64,000 nt of DNA from Convolutriloba macropyga (Eukaryota), in assembly GCF_964194025.1 (NCBI RefSeq), contig NC_134476.1, positions 23,064,001-23,128,000 on the forward strand. Reading direction: 5' to 3'. The notes under the pieces were generated by a model. It was not told the origin of the DNA, ran no database searches, and worked only from the letters and a program-made list of their open reading frames with translations. The position numbers and the translations under genes were made by a program. This document shows positions 51,603 through 59,978 of the stretch, in pieces; within the stretch, counting starts at the first letter, position 1, and each line of letters opens with the position of its first letter.

Positions 51603-52736
51603 TTATTCAAAAAATTCTGGGGGCAAAATGACTGGGCTTGGCACTGGACTGTTTCCATCGTCCATGATATCAACCACTTCCACTACTTCATCTCCGTCTT
51701 CATGCTTTTCGGTATTTGATAGTTCCTTGATTATCCTTTTTTGTTTTCGGTTCTTCTTCTTGAGTTTCGTCAATTCAGAGTTGAGTTGTTGTACTTTTTC
51801 AATCAGTTTTTTGTTCTCCACTCCTAAATTCTGATTGGCTGTAGTAATTTCTAAATGCTTTCTTGCATACACTTTGTTAATTTCTTTAACATTACTTTCC
51901 TCCGTTTTTTTTACTTGCTGGGAGACGATGTACTGCCTCCGCCAATAGTCATCGCTTGTTATTTTCTCCTTTTCACTGTTCTGCATTTGTAATCTTTCAA
52001 ATCTAATTCGTAGCTCCTGCAATTCGGTTTCTTTAACAAATAACTCCTGTCGGAACTTGGAATTCTCCGAAATTAGTGAAGCTTGGGTGACTTCTTCGAT
52101 GGCGTCCGCAGGCGTCGGGAAGGCAGTTAAGTGGGCATAAGGGAAGTTGACATACGAGTCCAGCTGATTGTTTCTGGCGAGGTAAGTGTTCTTTTGGGTA
52201 TCTCTGTCTTTTATTCTCCAGACGCTTGTTGTTTCTGGTAATGAGAACTCTTTCAAAATAGGCAGGTTTTCAGTTTTCGCAAGAAATTCTTCGCCGGTTG
52301 AAATGTTCTGAACCTTAACTTTGTCAGAGATTCTGAACTTATTGGCTTGCATTTTCAAAGTGTACTTCAAGTTCGTCACAAATCTGGGGCTCATGGGATT
52401 TACAACGTTTTCCCTAATTTTCTGAATTTTCAAGCAATAGGGGATGTCCTTTCGCTCTTTGTCACTAATGAGGTCATCTATATTTGCCATTTTTCTTATC
52501 TTCTCTGCGTGACTGCTTTGTTGATTTCCTGGTGCTGGTCTCTTTCGATTGACTATCCAATTGTTTTGCGGATCATATTGACTCGAAGTTGATGGAGGTG
52601 CAATGGTTGTAGTAAATGGAGGCTTTGAGAAAATAGGAGGCTGGGAAGAATGGGTTTGTGTTTGTTCTTGTTGTGTTGTTACTTGTTGATGTTGATTGGG
52701 GATTACTACGCTTGCGAGTGTGGGTCTGGTAGTCAT
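51603..52736 (-). CDS. 377-aa accessory protein: T/Q/P/S-rich N-terminus, coiled coil, basic NLS-like motifs, acidic tail
   Basis: Long intact ATG ORF; RKRP and KKKNRKQKR; heptad-like ELQELRIRFERLQ and LIEKVQQLNSELTKL; no family recognised. Confidence 0.8.
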   Translation of the reverse strand: MTTRPTLASVVIPNQHQQVTTQQEQTQTHSSQPPIFSKPPFTTTIAPPSTSSQYDPQNNWIVNRKRPAPGNQQSSHAEKIRKMANIDDLISDKERKDIPYCLKIQKIRENVVNPMSPRFVTNLKYTLKMQANKFRISDKVKVQNISTGEEFLAKTENLPILKEFSLPETTSVWRIKDRDTQKNTYLARNNQLDSYVNFPYAHLTAFPTPADAIEEVTQASLISENSKFRQELFVKETELQELRIRFERLQMQNSEKEKITSDDYWRRQYIVSQQVKKTEESNVKEINKVYARKHLEITTANQNLGVENKKLIEKVQQLNSELTKLKKKNRKQKRIIKELSNTEKHEDGDEVVEVVDIMDDGNSPVPSPVILPPEFFE

Positions 52737-53020
52737 TGTGAATGTTTCCTTGTGGGGGATCTAAAATATTTTGATCTTGGTTAGCCTGTGTCATCAATAT
52801 CACACATTATGGCTTCTTTTCAAGTTTGCAATTGTATTGCTAACATAAAATGTATTCTATTGTAAAAATGTTTTTGTAAGGTTTTGTTGCTAACTGCTTT
52901 ACTTAAAAATTATAATACTAAATGCATTTGTTATTAAAGTTTGGTATAAAAGTTTTTGTTTTGCTAAATGCAAAGTTAACTTTAATAAAGGAGGGGGGGC
53001 AATAATAAAAAAATTTTTAT

Positions 53021-53208
53021 ACTTATGCCAGGCGGGCAGCCCTGGCACAAGTACGTCTTTCTCCGCTGCCCGGAGGTGTGAGTCTTGGGGCGTGCGTCAC
53101 ACTAACACGGCTGCAACGACCCGTGCAGCTGGGGAGACAACCTTGCTTTAGCTGAAAGAAGGAAACTTTTCGGGTCGTTTTTGGGAATTTCAGTTATCGT
53201 GTTAGTGT
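53021..53208 (-). ncRNA. Predicted structured cis-acting RNA (pseudoknot plus kissing-loop junction)
   Basis: Six complementary segment pairs of 6-12 bp in a GC-rich intergenic island (see finding). Confidence 0.6.
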
Positions 53209-53344
53209 TCTGAATTATTTAGGTTCAAAAGCCAGGGGGGCAGGCTGGAGAAAGCTGAGATAACCCCTTCCCGAGGAAAAGTTAAAAGAGAGAAAAAAAG
53301 ATCGTTTGTACTTGAGTTGTTTCTGGTTTATTAGACAACGTCGT

Positions 53345-53725
53345 CTAAAGAAAATTTTTGCAAATGGGACATCTTGTCAGCTTATTTATGCACACTCGAC
53401 AGAATCGGTGTTTGTCATGTTGGGAAAAATGTGGGTGTTTTGTTACTCCTAATTCTGTTTTCATTTTTTTGCATAAATTGCAATGAAAGTAGGATGTGAT
53501 CAGGACGGGAAGACAAGGTCGAAGACAAATGGGACATTTAGGGTTTGGGTATCTTTTAAAAAGTGCTTTTCTGCAAGGAATACATACATAGTGGGGATTT
53601 TCTTTGGGGAATTGCTTGTGTAGTTTTTCTACAATAACGGTTTTTCGTGAACATATAGGGCAGATAATGTCCTTATGGGGATAGAACCAACGGAAACCGT
53701 CGAATAGGGATTGTGAAAGACCCAT
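53345..53725 (-). CDS. Double RING-like (C2H2C4) zinc-finger protein 1, possible N-myristoylation
   Basis: CPIC-x10-H-x8-H-x2-CIPC-x12-CPIC then CNLC..H..H-x2-CRVC-x6-CPIC; starts MGLSQS. Confidence 0.85.
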   Translation of the reverse strand: MGLSQSLFDGFRWFYPHKDIICPICSRKTVIVEKLHKQFPKENPHYVCIPCRKALFKRYPNPKCPICLRPCLPVLITSYFHCNLCKKMKTELGVTKHPHFSQHDKHRFCRVCINKLTRCPICKNFL

Positions 53726-53795
53726 CGAGTGACTGTTCTCTTATTTCCCTTAGATAGAAACAGGAAAACCTTTGAGAAACTGCAGTAGGATGAGA

Positions 53796-53990
53796 TTAAT
53801 GAGGAACGATATGGCGAGCAAGGTAATTAGGATTAGGATAAATATTTTTGTGGATAGGTCTAGATTGGTCATTTTTAGTATCTGGAGAAAATTTGGCGAA
53901 TTGCGGAAAGGAGGTAGTTATTAATAAAGAGGGATATTGCCAATGCGCATAAGAGAACAAATAGAAGAATAACAATGTTATGGGTTGCAT
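53796..53990 (-). CDS. 64-aa hypothetical peptide with hydrophobic N-terminus
   Basis: AAAAAATG start, co-oriented in the accessory block; no homolog in window. Confidence 0.4.
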   Translation of the reverse strand: MQPITLLFFYLFSYAHWQYPSLLITTSFPQFAKFSPDTKNDQSRPIHKNIYPNPNYLARHIVPH

Positions 53991-54138
53991 TTTTTCAATT
54001 CAATGAGTAGTGCAGAACTAGGGTGAAGGAGGTGACTTGTTCCTGGTAAAAACTGAGTTGAATTAGGGATATCGGTTGGATTAAAAATAAAACTAGGGAA
54101 AGAAGTAAAATTTTGGATGTTCTTGGACTTATTTTAGA

Positions 54139-54516
54139 TTATGTGGTTGTTTTTTTGCAACGAGGGCATAATTTATAATCTTCTACGCAAAATTTACAAA
54201 AGTTGACGGGCTTATGATCACTGTGATGAAACGTTTTTGCAACAGAGTATTGAAATCTTGTTTGTTTGCAAATATCACATTGAAACCAGTTAAAGATTGA
54301 AAAGATAACATTAAATTTAGAGCATTTAGGACAAAAATCGTAGCCCATATCTTTTATAACATATTGGTAACAGAGCAGACACATTACGTGGGGTAGTTCG
54401 TCAGGGGGGTTCTCGTGTAATTTCTTGAAAACAATTGTTTCACGTCTGCAGCATAAACAAATTAATGAGACCGGTTTGGATTCTATAGTATTGGTTTCTT
54501 TGTCAGTTGTATTCAT
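54139..54516 (-). CDS. Double RING-like zinc-finger protein 2
   Basis: CLCC-x10-H-x8-H-x2-CLLC-x12-CPKC; WFQCDIC..HH..H..CKFC-x6-CPRC. Confidence 0.85.
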   Translation of the reverse strand: MNTTDKETNTIESKPVSLICLCCRRETIVFKKLHENPPDELPHVMCLLCYQYVIKDMGYDFCPKCSKFNVIFSIFNWFQCDICKQTRFQYSVAKTFHHSDHKPVNFCKFCVEDYKLCPRCKKTTT

Positions 54517-54542
54517 TTTTGGAAGATTGTTATTGGAGGGGA

Positions 54543-54746
54543 TTATGGGACTGGTATGGTTGGAGGATTTGGTTGTAGATTATTTTGGGATTTTATTGCT
54601 TGGTCTATTACTAATATAACTACTAACATCAAAAAATTGAAAGGAATACTTACAACAACGAGGAAAACGGTTAAAATGAAGGAGAAGGCTGCTGCAATAA
54701 TCATAAGGGCCATTAATAAAAAATCAAGTACTTTGGGGATAAACAT
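54543..54746 (-). CDS. 67-aa hydrophobic membrane peptide with Pro-rich tail
   Basis: First ATG at 54746; ~37 uncharged residues FLLMALMIIAAAFSFILTVFLVVVSIPFNFLMLVVILVI. Confidence 0.6.
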   Translation of the reverse strand: MFIPKVLDFLLMALMIIAAAFSFILTVFLVVVSIPFNFLMLVVILVIDQAIKSQNNLQPNPPTIPVP

Positions 54747-54784
54747 TTTGGATAATTTGTGAAGGTTGTTTCGAACCAAGGATT

Positions 54785-55183
54785 TTACCACGGGTTGTTT
54801 GGGTCAATTGTTTGTTTGCATAAGGGGCATTTAGTAGTGGTGAAGGTCATACACTGCAAACAAATTGATTGTTTTGGGTGAAAATCTCCGAAGTGACTGT
54901 GGCAGGTGGATAACTTTTTGACTTCTTGACAAGAATCACACTGGAAATAATGGCAATGACTGATTGTATAAATGGGAGTTACGCAAATGGGGCATTTAGG
55001 TTGGTTCCAATATTTAAATAATTCGTTTCTACAAGGAATGCAAGCAAAATGGGGGGGCTGACCATTTGGTTTTTTGTGCATTTTTTTGAATTGACGGCAA
55101 GGGAGATAACAAACAGGGCATTCAACTTTAGGGGTTGTATCAATTTGAGGTTGCTGAGACGATATTTTCAGAATGTTTCCCAT
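54785..55183 (-). CDS. Double RING-like zinc-finger protein 3
   Basis: CPVC-x10-H-x8-H-x2-CIPC-x12-CPIC; YFQCDSC..H.H...H..CLQC-x7-CPLC; starts MGN; ATG overlaps upstream stop (TAATG). Confidence 0.85.
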   Translation of the reverse strand: MGNILKISSQQPQIDTTPKVECPVCYLPCRQFKKMHKKPNGQPPHFACIPCRNELFKYWNQPKCPICVTPIYTISHCHYFQCDSCQEVKKLSTCHSHFGDFHPKQSICLQCMTFTTTKCPLCKQTIDPNNPW

Positions 55184-55449
55184 TATAAGGACAAATTAGA
55201 AAGATCCGGGTATACGAGTTCTAATCCATGGTGTTCAAGTTCGTTGGGGATAGTTACATTTAAATCTGCAATAGCAAAAAAGAAATTCCAGTGTTTCTCG
55301 TTTGGATAAATGTAATAATGATTAATGGTACCGGTGCTTAAAAACATATAAGTTATCTTGATACATGCTTTATACTGTGTGAAACAAATATTGAACCATC
55401 TTTCTACTTTAACAATTTTAATTTTTTCCTTACCAATAAACAAAATCAT
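55183..55449 (-). CDS. Unknown small-protein family, paralog A (88 aa)
   Basis: ERWF...P.EKHWNFF...PNEL; C-terminal YPDL. Confidence 0.78.
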   Translation of the reverse strand: MILFIGKEKIKIVKVERWFNICFTQYKACIKITYMFLSTGTINHYYIYPNEKHWNFFFAIADLNVTIPNELEHHGLELVYPDLSNLSL

Positions 55450-55583
55450 TTTAGTTTTAACAATTTGGAAAGAAATGAGGGGAAAAGAACAAATTGATCA
55501 GAAAAAAAGGATAGAATAAAATGAAGAAGAGGAAAGGAGAAAAAAAATTTTTGTGGAGAGCAAGTTATGTAGAACAAATTACT

Positions 55584-55814
55584 TTACTGAAGAGCGCCCA
55601 AGTTGACTGGGAAGTGCTCTTCGATATCGATGAGTGCGAGAAAGAATTCCCAGTGCATCATTCCCATGGTGACTCGAGTAGAACCCTCACATCCACGTTC
55701 GTAGTCAGTATAATGTATGATTATACAGGGCTTTATTTCTGCAGTGGGAGTTTCAATGAAAGATTTCTCGAGGGATTCTACTTTGACTAGTCGCTCACCA
55801 AAGTGGAACAGCAT
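55584..55814 (-). CDS. Unknown small-protein family, paralog B (76 aa)
   Basis: EKSF...PCIIIHY...HWEFF...PVNL; TAATG overlap with C. Confidence 0.78.
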   Translation of the reverse strand: MLFHFGERLVKVESLEKSFIETPTAEIKPCIIIHYTDYERGCEGSTRVTMGMMHWEFFLALIDIEEHFPVNLGALQ

Positions 55815-56047
55815 TATAGGAGATCTAAATTAAAAGGGATTTTGGAACCATTTAAAGCTTGGGATACATTTATGAAGAATGTCCAATAGGGGGAAGATGG
55901 TGTTAAGATGATGGTTCCATCAGTCCAAGTGTTTAAATATTCAAAATGGAGTATTAGTTGTGGTATAACTCTGTTACTTTTTGTTGTCACAAATGATTTT
56001 TCAAAAAATTGATTTTGTATAAGGCAATTTTGGTATGAGAATACCAT
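55814..56047 (-). CDS. Unknown small-protein family, paralog C (77 aa)
   Basis: EKSF...PQLILHFE..TW...ILTPSSPYWTFF...PFNL. Confidence 0.78.
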   Translation of the reverse strand: MVFSYQNCLIQNQFFEKSFVTTKSNRVIPQLILHFEYLNTWTDGTIILTPSSPYWTFFINVSQALNGSKIPFNLDLL

Positions 56048-56056
56048 TGCTGTTTT

Positions 56057-56341
56057 TTAATTGGTAATTGTTTCAAATTCTTTAGTAATTAAATCGTTTT
56101 GAGAAGAGTCACTTTTCGGCAATTCAAAATAAAGATTGTGAGGTACACAGTTTGGGTTTTCTAGAATAAAGAGGAAGAATTTCCAATGAACTGAGAGAGG
56201 ATTAATACTTATTAAACAAATTTTTTCACTTTGGATTTCTTTGAGCGTTACTAGCATAGTAGGTACAGGAGTTGGGTATGCATCAAAAGATCGTTGAATT
56301 TTTTGTAACTCTACAAATTTATTGTTAACTGCAAATATCAT
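56057..56341 (-). CDS. Unknown small-protein family, paralog D (94 aa)
   Basis: QRSF...PTMLV...INPLSVHWKFF...PHNL. Confidence 0.78.
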   Translation of the reverse strand: MIFAVNNKFVELQKIQRSFDAYPTPVPTMLVTLKEIQSEKICLISINPLSVHWKFFLFILENPNCVPHNLYFELPKSDSSQNDLITKEFETITN

Positions 56342-56356
56342 AGTTTAGAATGATAC

Positions 56357-56596
56357 CTATGCAATGTAGATTGGATGTTGTACTTGAAATACCGAGTTCT
56401 CTTTGAATGCTAGAAAAATGGTGAATTCGGCGAACTGAGGATGAGTAATGAAAATAGTTAAAAGTCTGTAAATATTTGTCATGGGTTTTTTTGCGAAAGT
56501 CATTATACTTATAGCGGAAACATAGTATACGGCTAATAGCTCAAAATTTTGGTTTCCGATTCTGATTTGTAAGTTTCTATTAGTTAAATGGATCAT
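56357..56596 (-). CDS. Small protein F (79 aa), possible distant member of the family
   Basis: LQIRIG..HPQFAEF resembles G (LFIRFG..HSNFQYF); overlaps end of E by 17 nt. Confidence 0.6.
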   Translation of the reverse strand: MIHLTNRNLQIRIGNQNFELLAVYYVSAISIMTFAKKPMTNIYRLLTIFITHPQFAEFTIFLAFKENSVFQVQHPIYIA

Positions 56597-56822
56597 GTTG
56601 TTGATCTAGCTCATTTGGCAGACTATTAGGGTCGAATTGTGCTAAATACACGAAATAATTCCAATACAACGAATGAGGGGTTAAAATCACAGTATTGTTT
56701 TCCCAAGTGTCCCAAAACTCAAAATTTATAACGATTTGAGGGAAAATGTCTCCGTGATTTTCTTCAAAAGTTTTCTTTATTTGATAAATTGTAACGAGTC
56801 TATCTTGAAACAAAAAGTACAT
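56580..56822 (-). CDS. Unknown small-protein family, paralog E (80 aa)
   Basis: KKTF...PQIVINFE..DTW...ILTPHSLYWNYF...PNEL; closest to C. Confidence 0.78.
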   Translation of the reverse strand: MYFLFQDRLVTIYQIKKTFEENHGDIFPQIVINFEFWDTWENNTVILTPHSLYWNYFVYLAQFDPNSLPNELDQQHDPFN

Positions 56823-57123
56823 TAATGGAAGCGTTTTAGTTGTTAATTAACTTATTGTTCTTCATTTCAAAACTATGTATAAAAGTATGTAAATGTAAAA
56901 AAAAGGATAAAAAAGGGTGTGTCAATTATTTCTGAAAAGAGGATTATTGACAACGATTGATATTTATAGATAATATATCAATCGGATTCACTGCAGCAAA
57001 ATCGAAGTAGGGGAAGAGTGCAGGCAATAGCTAGATAGACATAGTTGCGATTACATAGTTGAAAATGGATTATAAGAATTAAAAAGCAAGGAAGGAATCC
57101 ACACATGTCTCTTAGAGGAAAAG

Positions 57124-57408
57124 TCAAAGTCTAATAATATTTTTCTTCAGACGCTTTGAAACAATTTTGTATTCGACTCCAATGTTTACAAAAGTAATTG
57201 TGTCATCAATCAGGGCTCTTAACAATGAGAAGTATTGAAAATTTGAATGCGGTACGTCCAAGTCTATAATGTCACTGAAGTAGAAAGATGCAACTCTAAT
57301 AGTTACAGTAGTTTTTAAATCGGAAAGACTTGAGGATAATATCTGTCCGGTGTATTGTCCAAATCGAATGAATAAAGCGTTAGGCTGTTTTATGAATTTG
57401 GGTTGCAT
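57124..57408 (-). CDS. Small protein G (94 aa), first ORF after env
   Basis: ATG ORF, similar to F; basic C-terminus. Confidence 0.6.
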   Translation of the reverse strand: MQPKFIKQPNALFIRFGQYTGQILSSSLSDLKTTVTIRVASFYFSDIIDLDVPHSNFQYFSLLRALIDDTITFVNIGVEYKIVSKRLKKNIIRL

Positions 57409-57532
57409 AGCATAGCATCCTTGAGGTGTATCTAAACAAGATAATAATTAACTTATAGAGTCTAATACAAATAATTTTTTTATTTTTGAGACAAATTATT
57501 TTATTAAGAAAAAGATGATTTTTTTAACAGCT

Positions 57533-59876
57533 TTAAGGAGGTGCCACCACACTTCGAATGGTTGCATCGTTTTGCGGTTGTGGTTGATGTGACGCCAGAT
57601 TTGGGTATTCTACTTTATTATTTTCTGTATGACAATGCTCGTCAATTTTATTTTCTCTTGGTTGATCCTCAACGCATTTGTAAGTTTTTTCTATTGTGCT
57701 GTAAGGTTGATAATTACTGAGCGGTAAAAAATGATTATTGTTCTGTGGGGCCGACGGTTTGGTTTCGTTAGAGAATACCGGTGTAAAGAACGATAAGATA
57801 CAAAGATTATATGTTGCTCCTAATAGAATTTTCCAAAAACCCATTGTTGGATATTTTGTGGATTTCGAACGCTCTTATGATTGTTACGATTACATCAGTT
57901 AAGAATTTTATGCACAAGAAACAAGCAAAATAAACTCCAATTTTTTCCAGATAAAAACTGATGATTCCAAAAGTGCCTTTGAACTGGTCTGTAAAAAATG
58001 TTGGTGAAAGAAGAGAATCTAGATAAATTTGTCTGTTAATTCCCATTGCTGACGCATAGATATCTTTTTGAGAATAGTCTATGCTTCTTCCTTCTAGAAC
58101 TTCTCTTGAAATTTTTGTCAAAACAGATTTTGAAGCTTCCGAATGCAAGATATTGTCCCAAAACGATTTAAGTTGATTTGGTGTGTAAATTCCGGCACGT
58201 TGCGATTCGTAACCGGTAAATTTTGGAATAGAACTAATAACTCTTGAAGAGAATATTTTTGGCGGTTGTAAAGGAACAGGTGCTGGCATCAAATGGTACC
58301 ATGAATTTTCATTATCAATATCTAATTGGTAGGCATTTTTGTAGCCTCCAACACAATCTACTTCGTTTGCAAAAGGGTAGTTTTGTCGAGTAATTGGGTC
58401 GACGAACATTGTCCTACCATCATAATGAATAGGAATCCTATCATAACACTGTTCAAGAACCTGAAGTGGTGAGTTTCGTTTTGGACAGTGGTACAGCCAA
58501 CCTATGCTACCATCTGTGTCTAAGAACATCGAGCGGTTGCCGGTTAACATATATCCAGCTAAACGATTGTTTTGGATAGCCTGCATTAGTATCATTTGTT
58601 TTTGAGTTCGGTCAAGTTCGCATTGTTCTATGACCAAACCTTTCCATGCTTGTTTTATTTGCATGTAATTATGATATATGACAAAATCCATTTTTACCGC
58701 AAGGTTAAGATCATAGTCTAACTTGTCTTTGTCTAAGTGTTCCCATGCAACAAAACCATTGTCGGATGTTCGGATCTGTTCATCTGAAGGCTTCCTATTA
58801 AACCCATTTACACTTAGGCTATTGTCAGGTTCAACACGAAGTTTATGAAAAAATTGTTGAGTTTTTGTTTTATAAGGTTTGCCAGTCTTCATAATAAATC
58901 AGCCTTTATAAGAAACATATAAAGAATCTAAATTTGTTCTGTAAATAAATTCTGGTTTTCCACACACCTTTTCTTTTTCATCAATTACTCTAATTTTTAT
59001 GTCCATTTCAGCAGGAGAATACGTTCCTGGTCCTTCATAGGGCGTCTCCGGTTTTTCATCACTCACTATGAAATACTGTACGTTACCAAGTTCGTTTTCA
59101 TGTTTTAGCATTTTTGCGTTTTGTGAAAATCTTTTAGTAACTATACAATTTTCCGGTGCCTCCCAATTGTATGCAAAGGGGTCGAGTGATGTCGAATGAC
59201 AACCTCCTTCTGAGAGGGCACAAGGAAGTTTTAGTCCTTGACTGTTATAGACAGTTCTGTCATTAAGATCAATATCGAGTACAGTTTCTTGCATCAGGGT
59301 TTCAAAAGAGAAATGTTTAATTTGACCACGATTATCAAAAGATGTTGATGATTCACCTTCAAGATCAACTCCCTGGTTTTTATAGGAGACAGTTTTTATT
59401 CCATGTTTTATGTCAATTTCCATGTCATCATCGTCAAATTCAGTAACAGTAATTTTTCCAGTTTTATTAGCATTTAGGCATTGTTCGGGTGAAACAATAA
59501 TATCGTATGTTATTATTGGAGCGTTGTGTACAATTGATGAATGGGAAAACATACAACAATTATAACGAATGAGCATTGCAGTGACTTTGCACATAAGAGC
59601 TTTAACAAAGGTCCGATAAGACCGTTGATAAAGTGTTACATGTGTATCAACCATCTGAATGTTTTCGGGTGTAATTTTGCAAGGAGAAACTTGTGTTAAA
59701 GCATACATTTTATTTTCTTTCATTTTAGAACAGTCATAGTGAATGACCCTAAGTTTGTTAGATACGTCATTAATATCCTCAGTAGCGTTAATAACTATAG
59801 AAAGAGTACAAAAGTAGAAAAGGCTTATAAGTAAATAAGAAAAATAAAGTTTTTCAAAACAAGGATATCTTTTCAT
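57533..59876 (-). pseudogene. env: Envelope glycoprotein, chuvirus-G / class III (gB-related) type, ~780 aa, one in-frame TGA (58899-58901) and one frameshift (~57845)
   Basis: Signal peptide; HYDC, CKV..YNCCMFSHSS, LPC...GGC...YNW...NC, KMDFV..CELDR, AGYM..C, CYDRIPI..FVDPITR; C-terminal TM segments. Confidence 0.82.
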
Positions 59877-59978
59877 CCTGTTTTTTTTAGCGCTTCAAGT
59901 CGGGAATTAAGGCTATGAGTTGTAGTAATAGGCACTGCCAGTAAATGTTGACTGGATTTATTGCTACCTAAAACAAAG

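Noticed and set aside
53150-53170. Hammerhead ribozyme core (CTGA..GA..GAAA)
   Set aside because: CTGAAAGA does not fit CUGANGA, stem II is missing and it is antisense to the element
55183-55900. Calicivirus-type TURBS (UGGGA) upstream of the TAATG overlaps
   Set aside because: No TGGGA on the sense strand within ~80 nt upstream of either junction
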